A DNA stretch of 64,000 bases, taken from the NCBI GenBank assembly GCA_030704615.1, contig CM060731.1:54994001-55058000 (forward strand), read 5' to 3'. Under the pieces are notes generated by a model. It did no database searches. It had not been told where the DNA came from and saw nothing but the letters and a program-made list of their open reading frames with translations. This document shows positions 51,401 to 63,113 of the stretch, piece by piece (position 1 is the first letter of the stretch; every line of letters starts with the position of its first letter). The DNA is from Takakia lepidozioides (lineage: Eukaryota > Plantae > Bryophyta). The translations under genes were made by a program, and so were the position numbers.

Positions 51401-54400
51401 TAGCATTAATCAAGTCCAGGTTTTAAAGGGATATTATCTAAGCAGTTGCAAGATTTGTGAACATACGTGATTCACAAGTCTGAGTTTTGCAGGAATTGTA
51501 AGGTTTCAATGAAACGCTTGGAATAGCAAAGACTAAAACACAATCAAGAACTTTAGATTTCCACACACTCAAAATACCTTGAAACCCCAAGAGCTCTTCA
51601 AACTTAGACAAACCTTTCTCCACAGCCTAAGGAAGAGAAAGGCTTTTAAATGTTGTACCTCTTGAAAAAAGTTCAACCAATACAAGGATGGGAAATAATT
51701 GAGTGATAAGCTGTAGTACCGTGTCCTCACTTACTTGGATGCTATAAGTTGCTAAACGGAGAAATATATCAATTGATTGGATACTTCTGATCTTCGGAGG
51801 ACCCTACACCGGAAAAGACCTCGACTCTGGGCCGAGCTAAATAGCAATGGAAAAGGATTGGATACCCGAGGACCCTACTCTCATGGGTGCCCCGGAACTC
51901 TCATCGGGTGCCCCGAACTAAGACCTAAATGGGGATGCTCCTACCAGGACGCTCCCGGGATGTGCCTCGATGGGTCACTCCCAAATAATAGCAGAAAGGA
52001 TTGGATACCGGAGGACCCTACTCATGAATAGATGCACCAAAATATGACCTAAAAACCTGACTACTCTAATGGCTCGCAGGGACCTCTCATCAGAGCGTAC
52101 TAAACTTCAACTCACATTTGAGAGGTAACCAAAGATATGATGATATAGCCACATCATAGAGCATTCAAATATCATGATGACAAAACTTCCAATGGAAAAA
52201 ACATGGCACAAGAAAAAACAAAAGAGGAAAGAAACCAGAAAGAATGCAGTCTCACCACTTAGAGAGTAACGATAAAATGTACAACAGTGACCAGCTGTTA
52301 TTTTTATTCCCCACTGACTTTATCAGAGGGTGCCAATGTACTGAGTTTCAGGAGGATTGGGGTCAAGACAGTTTTGACATTAAAACACCAAAAACACCAG
52401 ACTGGAAAACACAGAAATGGAAAAAAGAAAGAGAATAGACTACCTAACGAACACACACCACACATAGCATCGCAAATACTTGTTGGGCTACTTGGCCATA
52501 TTTCACATTTTGAAAACTCTTTTCTTCTGAGCTAAAATCAAAGCATTGCATGCATTGAAAATCAATCCCTCAAATTGAATACCTGGTGGACCATGAATGA
52601 ATTTCCGGTTATGGAGACTCTGATAAAGTGCACTCCTCCAGATATCTCTGGCGTTCTACAAGTGCAAGACAACACTCTCCTGAAATGGGCTGAAGCAATC
52701 TTGTCTGCTGCATCAGGCGTCGGCAGCCACCAAGCCCGCGGTGTGGAGGGTACCCCTCCCTCAGCATCCATGGGAGAAGTGTAAGTAGGACTCACACCTC
52801 CTTTACTTTCTGCAAAAGTGCTCACCATCTTGTCTGCAAGCTCACCTTCCAGCACATCAGCCAGCTCATCTGCCAGGTCACCATCTTCATCTAACATTCT
52901 TGATTCAAGTGTTGCCAGTTTGCTGTCAGGACGGGTCTTCTCCAATGGCACTTCAGGAGGATCATCCGAAACACCAACACTCATGTCAGCCTCAAGGCGA
53001 GACACAAACACCTTTTGAGAATAATGCCTGTAAAGTCTTCGAATGGTGTAGTTGTGGTATGGATGCTTTCCCTGAAGTGAAACCCATTCATCAGTACCTG
53101 ATCAAACCAAATGCCTGAACTTAAAAAGAAGAGTTTCAGGAACACCAACTTAAATCGGAGTTCTGACCAACAAATCTGCATATAACAAATGCTTAGCAAC
53201 ACTTAAGATACAGTTTCAGCTGAAACCCTTTCAAAGGAGACTCAGATAATAGATTAATCTTGTTCAGTGAGACTGCCATCTTATGAGGAATCTACTGTTG
53301 GAGGTGTCAAGGCTATAGCCCTTGCACGGCACTCTGAGAACAGAAAGGGACGGGTAGCTCAGTGGTAGAGCACCCCACCGGAATGGGGGAGGTCCTAGGT
53401 TCAATCCCTAGCCCGACCACACGCCAGTGGTTTTCCAACATGGTATCAGAGCCAAGGTTGGGGCGGTGGTCAGAATGGGTAGGCATCAGCTATAAGGGCT
53501 ATGCCTTGAGGGGGAGTGTTGGAGGTGTCAAGGCTATAGCCCTTGCACGGCACTCTGAGAACAGAAAGGGACGGGTAGCTCAGTGGTAGAGCACCCCACC
53601 GGAATGGGGGAGGTCCTAGGTCCAATCCCTAGCCCAACCACACGCCAGTGGTTTTCCAACATCTACATCTAAACTCATGAAACTGGAAGATTAGCAGCTT
53701 ACACAGCAGTGCAACCTTAAGGAGAGACAAGACAGGCAGACCTCAAATGAGGCAAGTATAGACTGGAAGTCCTTCACACGCTGCTCAACATCTGAAGGAG
53801 AGGTGTCGAATTGGATGCCGATAATAGCAGCTGGCAGTAAATAGTTGTACGTGCGGGTGCAACAATCATGCCGTGCTTGAAATGATCTGCAAAGTGTATG
53901 GCATAGCTTCTTACAGATAATTTCCAGGTAAGATCATAAGTATTCAATCTGCTCACCAAATTGCATTAAAGAAGAATTTGCTGATCAAACAATGTCATGC
54001 TACCTTGTCACAGGGATGACGCCAAACACCCGTATGGATCGCGGAAGATGCATGTTGATCCCTTCTGCCAGGGCGATGCCATCCATGTCACTGACCCAGG
54101 CTGACAGCGGAACTTCCATCTTCATTGATACAACTGTGCAAAGGGAATGCACCTGGATCATGCCAAGATGCAACCAAGCCTGAGTCTCTAGGCCGGTCTA
54201 ACCTGCGTGCACTTGCTTCCATGTTGATGTTTTTTACACCTCCGTCAACAGTAACATTATAAGTGTGTTCAACATAGCTAGAGAGTCACAACTGGGATAG
54301 GTTGCTAGAGAGCTACCACAGTTCAATCAGGCATCTACTTCATGGAGTCTACTGCCACATGCCCGCTGAATTTTTCTCCCCATGTGTCATTTCATTCTTT

Positions 54401-57295
54401 CTTTCTGTCTCTCTCTTCCTCAGGCTAATTTCCAGTCTGTGACATGGGGGAGGACATCTTGGATGACCTCAAGGGTCTACCCACTCTCGGCACTAGACTG
54501 AAATTTAAACTCAGGGCAGGAAGCCTACCTTTGAACAGCAAACAGAAGCAGAGAGGAAAGGGAGAGTGCAATTGCCCGTTGTGTGGGCAATCTGAAGACA
54601 GTATTCATTTTCTGATACACTGTCCGGGGTTCTCTCACCAAAGAGACGCTCTCTTCAAATCTATTAAGGGAATTGTGCCTGTACCCCTGTTTACCAACTT
54701 TGAAAGTCTCGAGGCTGAGCCAAAAGCCCAGGCCCTCCTGGGCCTAGTTTTTGGGCAAATCACACACAGCAGATTGATGCTTGTGTGAAGGGATTTCTAG
54801 AGGATATCTGGAAAACCCGGATTAATTCTTTATGTGGAGGTAAGTCTTACTACCAACGTCAGCCCCTGACAGAGGTAGGTTCTGTCCCTTTTGTTCCCAC
54901 TCAAACTGGGCGCGGGGTCAATGGCCACAAGGCTACGGCAAACAACGTCTTATGAGTACAATCTCTCTTCCTCAGGCTAAGTCCTGGCGGAAGAGAGTAG
55001 AAGAGATTCTCAAGGATCCGAATCTTAGCCCGCAAGTCTTGACCCTGCTGGACTTAGAGGCTGTAGTGTCCAAAACCATGTCTGTTGCCAGGAAATTGTC
55101 TGATGGAAATGGAGTTAGGCAGAAAACGTCCCTGAACTTGTTTCCAGTCTGTGACATGGGGCAGGACATCATAGATGACCTCAAGCGTCTACCCACCCTC
55201 AGCACTAGGCTGAAATTTAAACTCAGGGCGGGAAGCCTACCTTTGAGCAGCAAACAGAAGTAGAGAGGAAAGGGAGAGTGCAATTGCCTGAAGTGCACCT
55301 GAAGACAACATTCATTTCTGATTCATTGTCCGGGGTTCTCTCACCAGAGAGACGCGCTCTTCAAATCCATCAAGGGAATTGTGCCTGTACCTCTGTTTAC
55401 CAACTTTGAAAGTCTTGAGGCTGAGCCAAAAGCCCAGGCCCAAAAGGGGCCTTGTTATTGGGCAAACCACACACAACAGGTTGATGCTTGTGTAAAGGGA
55501 TTTCTAGAGGATATCTGGAAACCCTGGATCAATTGTTTATTCCAAGGTGAGTCTTACTACCGGCGTCAGCCGCTGACAAAGGTAGGTTCTGTCCCTTCGT
55601 GTTCCACTCAAAATGGGCGCGCGGTCAATAGCCAGCCACAAGGCTACGGCAAACGACATCTTATGAGTACACTCTCTCTCCCTCTGACAGCAGCAAGCAC
55701 ATTAACACATGGAGACTCAATGCCAATCCGAGCACGGAGACGTCAACATTAAGATTTTACATCACCTGAGAACAAGTTAACAGCTATCATCCCTGGTTCT
55801 ACCGAATTCTCCAGGATTGCGGCGAGGAGGCTCACTTGAAAAGGGCAGGAAACACGTAGTAGCACCCTCCCAACCTTTTCTGCTGCAGCAGGAGTGACTC
55901 AGCAGTCAAAATCTAAGTTGCTTCCATGTTGCTGTTTGGCCTTCCCATCCACTCCGGTGCCCTTACTACTCTGGCAGTTTCGAGCAGAACCCAGCTAGTG
56001 ACTGCAATTCAGAGTTTGGAGAACCCATCTTGATTCTAAGATGAGAGTAATTTAAGGTGAGGTGTGCTAACTGTGTTGAATGGACGGGAAGTCATTCAAA
56101 ACTCATTAATATGTCACCCTGAAGTGCAACCCGCCTCTCTGGGATGTTGTGGGCAAAGAGGTGGATGAGACATTCAAGTTCTTACATATCTCAAGGCAGC
56201 AATCAATGGAGAAGATAGCAGCCAACATTTGAAATCCATCGAGGCAATGTTTGCTCAAAAATGAAGAAGAAATTCAAACAAAGTTTAGGTTGCCTCCCTC
56301 TGTAACTGACGGCGATTGAGCTGGCAAGAGAAAGATCTAACCGAGATTAGAGACAATTTCTATACACATTGTGATGGGTACTCTTCTACACCAGAGGCCC
56401 ATTCTAAAAAGACTAGTTTGAGAAGCTCAACAGCTAGGGCCCTCTTTGGTCTGAACTCAAGGTTACACAAAGTCTATGCTTGGAATCTGAAAACCATACA
56501 TTGAAAAACTACACATAACATGTAACGACAACACAATGTGTTTTGAAAAGACTTTATAGCAAGAGAATTACAAACAGGATCGATTGGCCCCATTTCACCT
56601 TCATCATGATGTGTAAGTATATATTCGAGACACTCCATCCAATATGTCTCGTTGTAGGATTCATCCGAAGATTACAAAAAATAGTAGTAAAAAAAGTGGA
56701 CTCGATTGGGACCATTTGCTGCTATGTAAAGGGCTTTCTGGAGGCTCAACTACATTTTCAAACGGAAATCATTATTGCAGCTAGAATCCAAAAAGGGTAG
56801 TGGGCCCCGGTTCGCTCCCCTCCCCCCCCCTCCTCTAGTGCCCCGTCCTATCTAATGTGGGCATGGGATCTATGTCACAATGCTAGGCAGCACAAAGTCT
56901 AAGGAGTACATGCTTTCTCACTCTCTATGTCCTTCGCACATATGAAGGTAAGTCTTACTACCAACGTCAGCCCCTGACAGAGGTAGGTTCTGTCCCTTTT
57001 GTTTCCGCTCAACCTGGGCGCGGGGTCAATGGCCACAAGGCTACGGCAAACAACGTCTTATGAGTACAATCTTTCGCACATAAAACTTCCACATAGACTC
57101 CAAATGGAGTGATCTACTGTGACATGAGAAAGAAAAACCCCTCTGTTGGCGGAATTTACTGGTGAGATAGAGGGAGACTAACCCCTTTGTCGGTGCGACT
57201 GCTACGGGTCCAGGAGACCTTGTGGAGGTTGCCATAGTTGCTATCTATTATGCCTCCTGCTTTGTATATGGCTCGCTCCAGCTCCTCTTCTATCG
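45449..57295 (-). CDS. TruA-family tRNA pseudouridine synthase (plant type); exons 57295-57183, 54152-54004, 53886-53742, 53071-52583, 45934-45449; 5' exons not identified
   Basis: Exons have GT-AG boundaries with matching phases. The spliced protein reads [41 protein letters not shown]...HLPRSIRVF.../[18 protein letters not shown]...[11 protein letters not shown]...AHFRRVLSC...[21 protein letters not shown] (catalytic Asp) and SFMxHQIRKMVG are TruA/Pus1 signatures. Confidence 0.92.
46626..46743 (-). pseudogene. Full-length degenerate 5S rRNA copy, forming the head of a 5S-LINE-tail chimera
   Basis: The minus strand reads TGATGTGGTCATACCTAGGATACTACACCAGATCCCTTCAGAACTCTGAAGTTAAGTGCCTTTGGGCCGGAAGAGTACTGGGATGGATGACCTCCTGGGAAGTACTGGTGCTGC, colinear with land-plant 5S rRNA including the A, IE and C boxes. 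Solitary, intronic, several substitutions. Confidence 0.88.
46762..48030 (-). mobile_element. Old degenerate copy of the RTE/RTE-X-like LINE
   Basis: [16 protein letters not shown] and TLGTRLKF fragments; 3' end TTATGAGTAC at ~46764-46773. Confidence 0.85.
48137..50011 (-). mobile_element. 5'-truncated RTE/RTE-X-like LINE with 14-bp TSD, next to a (GA)n tract
   Basis: RT motifs [28 protein letters not shown]; TSD AAAAGGACAAAAGA at 48123-48136 and 50012-50025. Confidence 0.92.
50492..50855 (+). mobile_element. TRIM copy 1 with tRNA-like LTRs (LTRs 50492-50635 and 50712-50855)
   Basis: Two identical 144-bp LTRs TGTTGG...CCAACA, PBS TGGTATCAGAGCC (50636-50648), PPT GAGGGGGAG (50703-50711), 5-bp TSD GTTCA. 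Confidence 0.95.
50543..50614 (+). ncRNA. tRNA-like Pol III cassette inside the TRIM LTR (also present in the other three LTRs)
   Basis: A box TAGCTCAGTGG, B box GGTTCAATCC, D stem GCTC/GAGC, T stem CTAGG/CCTAG, acceptor GGACGGG/CCCGACC (one mismatch), non-canonical anticodon arm, TTTT at 50626-50629. Confidence 0.8.
53296..53661 (+). mobile_element. TRIM copy 2 with tRNA-like LTRs (LTRs 53296-53440 and 53517-53661)
   Basis: 145-bp LTRs differing at two positions, the same PBS and PPT, 5-bp TSD TCTAC (53291-53295, 53662-53666). Confidence 0.95.
54429..55670 (+). mobile_element. Two stacked 5'-truncated LINE copies (54429-54961 and ~54973-55670)
   Basis: Both are 3' ends of ORF2. The first is flanked by the 19-bp TSD TCTCTCTTCCTCAGGCTAA (54410-54428, 54962-54980). 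Confidence 0.9.
56941..57069 (+). mobile_element. Short (~130 bp) LINE 3' fragment with TSD
   Basis: TTCGCACATA repeated at 56933-56942 and 57073-57082; same extent as the 597-725 copy. Confidence 0.88.
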
Positions 57296-57399
57296 CTGCA
57301 TACACAGCACCCCACCTTGCTTTAAAAACATACATACCTTTATTAGCCTGCCTGCTACCCCTTCACCCCCTTAACATGTCCGTTCCCCTTCTCAACCTG

Positions 57400-57880
57400 G
57401 GACCTCGAGGGTTTACCCACTCTCGGCACTGGACTGAAATTTAAACTCCAGGTGGGAAGCCTACCTTTGAACAGCAAACAGAAGCAGGGAGCAAAAGGGG
57501 GATTGCAAATGACCGTCGTGTGGGTAACCTGAAGACAATATTCATTTTCTGATTCATTGTCCTGGGTACTCTCACGAGAGAGACGCCCTCTTCAAATCCA
57601 TTAAGGGAATTGTGCCTGTACCTCTATTTACCAACTTTGAAAGTCTCGAGGCTGAGCCTAAAGCCCAGGCCCTTTTGGGGCCTAGTTATTGGGCAAACCA
57701 CACACAGTAGATTGATGCTTGTGTAAAGGGACTTCTAGAGGATATCTGGAAAACTCCGATCAATTGTCTGTTCCAAGGTAAGTCATACTACCGTCGTCAG
57801 CCCCCGACAAAGGTAGTTTCTGTCCCTTTGTGTTCCGCTCAAACTGGGCGCAGGGTCAATGGCTACAAGTACATGAGTAC
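57400..57880 (+). mobile_element. Older truncated LINE 3' fragment
   Basis: Homologous to ~59990-60489; followed by (TC)n. Confidence 0.85.
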
Positions 57881-57896
57881 TCTCTCTCTCTCTTCA

Positions 57897-60489
57897 TTGG
57901 GAGGAAACTAATTGTCTGCGGTAGAGCAGTTAATTGGTGGACTAATGAGATTAAACTCAAGATAGCTGAGAGACAAGCCCTCTATAAAGAGTGCTGCAAT
58001 TTGGAAACCAACAGAGAATTGTGGGTGAGGTACTACCAGCTCCGTAAAGATATCAATCAGCTTGTTAGGTCTCAGAAGAAATTATACTGGGACAAGTTAT
58101 ACAGTGAAATAAACTCAAACCACCATGGTGGTAATGACAAGAAATTCTGGTTGGCCCTTCAACGTTTGTACAAGCCGAAAAACGGTCAGCAAGTACAAGC
58201 GCTGAAGACTACTAAAGGTGCAGTGGTGACTTCATCAGTTGACATTGTCAAAACCTTTGAAACTCACTACAGTATCCTTGGCAGAACTTCTAGGTCTAAC
58301 AGTGAGGGGTCTTCTGCTGAATGGAGGGACACAGTTGGAAAAACTGTTCCTATGATTCAAAACAGCCCTGATGAACTGGAGTATATTTCAATGGCTTATA
58401 ATGCTCCCATTAGTTCTTCTGAGATTGTGGAAGCAATTGAACATTTAAATGGATATAAAGCTGGTGGACCTGATGGTATTGTCAACGAGCTTATCAAGCA
58501 CGGTGGCGATCCCATGATAGAGGCCCTAGGTCTCCTCTTTAACCTTCTGGAAGACTGAAATGATCCCCTTTCGCTGGCGACGGGGGGTCATTGTCAATCT
58601 ATACAAGAAGGGTGACAGAGAAGAACCGGGAACTACCGTGGCATCACGCTCCTCAATGCTGTTGGCAAGACATTCTGCAGAGTTATAAGTACTCGTCTCG
58701 AGGTTGATCTGGAGTCTAGAGGTTGTTTCCACGAAGGCCAAGCTGGCTTTCTGCGAAACAGGGGCTGTGTGGATCATATCTTCACTCTAAGCCAGATTAT
58801 CCAGGGAAGGAAAAAAGAAGGGAAACCCACTTATGTCTTTTTCCTGGATGTCAAAAAGGCTTATGACACAGTGTGGAGAGATGGCCTATGGTTCCGCCTC
58901 TGGTCTTGTGGGATCAAGGGAAAGATGTGGAGAGTTGTCCACAACTTGTATGCCCACACCAAAAGCTGTGTCACTGTTAACGGACAGAAGTCCAACTTCT
59001 TTGACATAGACCAACGTGTAGCTCAAGGATGTACTCTCTCCCCTCTGCTCTTCATGTTTTCATCAATCAACTCCTCGAGGATGTGGAAAGTGAGGGATTT
59101 GGGTTAAGGGTGGGTGATACCACCATACCAGCCCTTATGTTTGCGGATGACTTCGCAGGCATAGGGGAGACTCCAACCAATCTCCAGGAGTTGATTGATT
59201 GCACGAAGAGATACTTTGATCTTTGGGGGCTAGAGGCTAATGTCAGCAAATGTGCAGTGGTAGCATTCAACGACAGAGGAGAGGGAGGAAGTGATCTTAA
59301 GTGGCAGTGGGGTAGTCAAGAGATCCCGGTCCTCCCTTCCTACACTTACCTGGGCGTTGAGTTCTCCTCCAATTGTAATTGGGATGCACATATCCGGAAA
59401 GTTGTTCAAACTGGCAAGGGCAAAGCTCTGGGGCTCACTAAATTTTTCCACTGCAGAGGGGTCAACTCTGAGGTTAAGAAAACCATGCTTTGTCGCGTTA
59501 TTAGACCTGCCTTGGAGTACGGATCTGCTATATGGGTTGATAACTCCAACCAGGCTAAGTCTCTAGAATCCATTCAAGTGGGGGTGCTTAAGGAGTGTAT
59601 GTCAGCATGCTCCAAAACAGCCAATGTGGCTGTTCGGGGTGAGTTTGGCATTCCGTCCTTAAGCTCCCGACGAGATGAATTCAAGGTCAGATGGTGGGGT
59701 CAGCTGCAACATATGCCCAACACCAGATATCCTAAGTTAATCGACTCTATATCTTGGAAACAGGACCGCCCTGTCAAACAGGCTAAGTCCTGGCAGAAGA
59801 GAGTAGAAGAGATCCTCAAGGACCTGGACCTGGATCCGCAAGTCTTGACCCTGCTGGATAAATCTGACTTAGAGGCTGTAGTGTCCTCAGCCATGTCTGT
59901 TGCCATGAGATTGTCTGATGAAAATGAAGTTAGGCAGAAAACTTCCTTGAACTTGTTTCCAGTCTGTGACATGGGGGAGGACATCTTGGATGACCTCAAG
60001 GGTCTACCCACTCTCGGCACTAGACTGAAATTTAAACTCAGGGCAGGAAGCCTACCTTTGAACAGCAAACAGAAGCAGAGAGGAAAGGGAGAGTGCAATT
60101 GCCCGTTGTGTGGGCAATCTGAAGACAGTATTCATTTTCTGATACACTGTCCGGGGTTCTCTCACCAAAGAGACGCTCTCTTCAAATCTATTAAGGGTAT
60201 TGTGCCTGTACCCCTGTTTACCAACTTTGAAAGTCTCGAGGCTGAGCCAAAAGCCCAGGCCCTCCTGAGGCCTAGTTTTTGGGCAAATCACACACAGCAG
60301 ATTGATGCTTGTGTGAAGGGATTTCTAGAGAATATCTGGAAAACCCGGATTAATTCTATATATGGAGGTAAGTCTTACTACCAACGTCAGCCCCTGACAG
60401 AGGTAGGTTCTGTCCCTTTTGTTCCCGCTCAAACTGGGCGCGGGGTCAATGGCCACAAGGCTACGGCAAACAACGTCTTATGAGTACAA
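57897..60489 (+). mobile_element. Best-preserved RTE/RTE-X-like LINE copy (5'-truncated ORF2 with frameshifts), 12-bp TSD
   Basis: RT motifs [43 protein letters not shown] and C-terminal CPLC...HFLIHC. TSD TCTCTCTCTTCA at 57885-57896 and 60490-60501. The clade is inferred from motifs, not from phylogeny. Confidence 0.92.
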
Positions 60490-60504
60490 TCTCTCTCTTC
60501 AATC

Positions 60505-60602
60505 CCCTGACAGAGGTAGGTTCTGTTCCTTTTGTTCCCGCTCAAACTGGGCGCGGGGTCAATGGCCACAAGGCTACGGCAAACAACGTCTTATGAGTAC
60601 AA
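60505..60602 (+). mobile_element. ~100-bp LINE 3' end inserted directly behind the previous copy
   Basis: Flanked by TCTCTCTCTTCAATC at 60490-60504 and 60603-60617. Confidence 0.85.
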
Positions 60603-62254
60603 TCTCTCTCTTCAATCTTGGGTAGAATATTTCAGGTGGAATGAAGTGTTTTTTTCCTATGGATGTCCTGAAAATGACAAGCATACAACAAGTAATTGCA
60701 AAGCACCTGTAAGGGCTGAGTGGAACTTTCTGTTCGTGTCCACAAACAAGCCATGGCTTCCCTATACTGCATAGGGAGCTCGACCAACACAATGAAGGCA
60801 AGTTTGCGCTTGTACCTTGCTGGCCGCAGCCCTGTTGAAAAATCTCTTGAAGGCAAAGCTCGGTGAGCGGTGGCCCGACACTTTGCCTGTAGTTTCAGGT
60901 AGCCGCCATTCGTGCTCAAACAACTTTTGTAAATGAGTACATTGCAGGGTAAGGGTTGGGCATTCGGTAAATCCCACAAGGCCTAGCCAGGGAATGAATT
61001 TTGCAGCAAGTGTCTACTTGTCAGTTTCAGGACATCTCAAAAATAACAGAGTTTGTTCTACTAAGTGTCTTCATTATGCAGGAACATCCATAGGAAAAAA
61101 ATCACCGTAAATTCAAACCAGCACATGGGCATTCAATAAATCCCAAGGCCCTGGCCAGGGAATGAGTTTTGCAGCAAGTTCATGAACGGATATGTGCAAG
61201 GTCGCAGACTGGTCTGCCTCAAACTTTCAAGGTTCTGTGTAATGGCACCTCTTTCCTATTACTCTTGCAATCTTGCACTTGCTTAGATCTGCATGTTGGA
61301 CACCGATCGCAAGCATGAAGACCTTGTTACTCACCTTGCGTATCCTCACTAACACGCATTCCGTTGGATGTGGTGGTTTTTGGGACGGGCGTAGGTGAGG
61401 GTCCTTCACCTTTCATGGGTCTATAAGCTATATATGTAAGATTTAATACAGAGTGCATTGGATAGATGATGGAAATCGCCTATCACATGAGGCAGCCACT
61501 GCCTAGGACAAATGGGACAAATCGCCTCAGGTTTCTGTGACGGAAGCATTTTACGGAAGTAATCTACCCTTCAGATCTGATACCAGAGGGTTCTGAAGAA
61601 ACGTCTTGAATTGGATCAATCTCAGTTTACAGGCCAGCTGAGTGGTTTCATTCTGAATACTGTGTTCGTTTTGTTTTAAGACATGGCAGTACAGCCCATT
61701 CGGGCTATGGTCAAAGACTTGGATATGCCTCAGTTTTGAGACATGTGATTTTCAGGGAAGTATTTGTATTGACACTACTTTGATGAAACCGAATTATCAT
61801 CATAGAGAAGTACTATGCTCAGACATTTACTGTGGGCAGAGATCTCTATGGTTCTAAGCAAGCACTGGTTTGCTTAAGTAAAGGCTAAGGCTGACTTGGA
61901 GGTCACTGACCGACAGTCCACATGCTAAAAAGCACAAATTTTGGTTTTCTGGAAATCCCAGTACGACAATACAGTGAATATGAATATTGTTCAGTATGAT
62001 GCTTGTCACTATGAAGAAAGGTGGTTCTTTGAATGGTTTCTTACAAACCCCACAACCCACCCCAATCACCCAGAAGTGTGAAACAAATCAGGAGCAAAAC
62101 TATGGTGTAGGAGAAGGGTGATGGTGCCTTGCAATTCAAGGCTGTTTTGTCCTGGTTTTTTTAAGAAAACCTTTCTGATCTGGTCAACTCCTGACAGATC
62201 CTTCTTTGTCGTGACAAGACAAGCCCTGTCTCTCTCTGTCTCTCTGCGTGCCAA

Positions 62255-63113
62255 TTTGTGTTCTGCTCAAACTGGGCGCGGGTCAATGGCCACAAGGCTA
62301 GGAGGTTGCAGTGTCTAATGCCATGTTGGATGCCCGAAGACTATCTGATGAAAATGAGGTTAGGCATAAGACTTCCCTGTACTTGTTTCGAGTCTGTGAC
62401 CTGGGTGAGGACCAAACTGGGCACAGGGTCTATGGCCACACAGCAAACATCGTCTTCTGAGTACATTCTCTCTTCATTGTTGGATTAGGTTTATAATTCT
62501 GAGCTGATCAATCTTGATGGTGCTCAATGTGTTCCATGAAGTGATGCTAAGCAAAAGCATTCACAAGGTACATCACTTCAAAGCTCGTCTTTTCTTGTTG
62601 GAGGAATATTGAAATGGAAAGATCTCATGGAGATGGATGTGTTACCTTTCTGAAACCTTTTCATTCAGGTTGTCAAATAAGGATCCCTTTTATGCCCTAG
62701 CTGCCACAATTAATACTACCTTTTGTGAGGGACTCACTCCAGTAGTGTGACTTACCTTGGTAAAGACAATTGGTTCAGGTTCTCTAGTAAGCCCTTCACA
62801 CAAGCATCAACTTGTTGTGTGTGAGCTTCCCAGCAAATAGACCCCAACAGGGCCAGGGCTTTATGCTCAGCCTCAAGATTTTTGAAGTTGGTGAACAGAG
62901 GTGCGGGAATGTTGTGGGATGTTCCTGAAGTGGTTACTCTCTGCTGAGTACGCTGGACAAAATATCAGAAAGTGGATATTGTCTTCAGGCTGCCCGCACA
63001 TTGGGCAACTACAATCTCATCTTCCTCTCAGCATCCCTTTATTGTTCAAAGGTAGGCTTCCCGCCATGAGTTTAAGTTACAATCTAGTGCCAAGGCGCCC
63101 TTGAGATCATCTT
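62255..63113. mobile_element. Small decayed fragments of the same LINE (+ ~62255-62466; - ~62745-63113)
   Basis: CAAACTGGGCGCGGGTCAATGGCCACAAGGCTA and the reverse-complemented zinc-knuckle region. Confidence 0.75.

Noticed and set aside
60815-61420. Possible upstream exons of the TruA gene (~60815-60888 and ~61334-61420, minus strand)
   Set aside because: Splice-like signals are present, but there is no recognisable TruA motif; the expected GYxGxxYxG block was not found.
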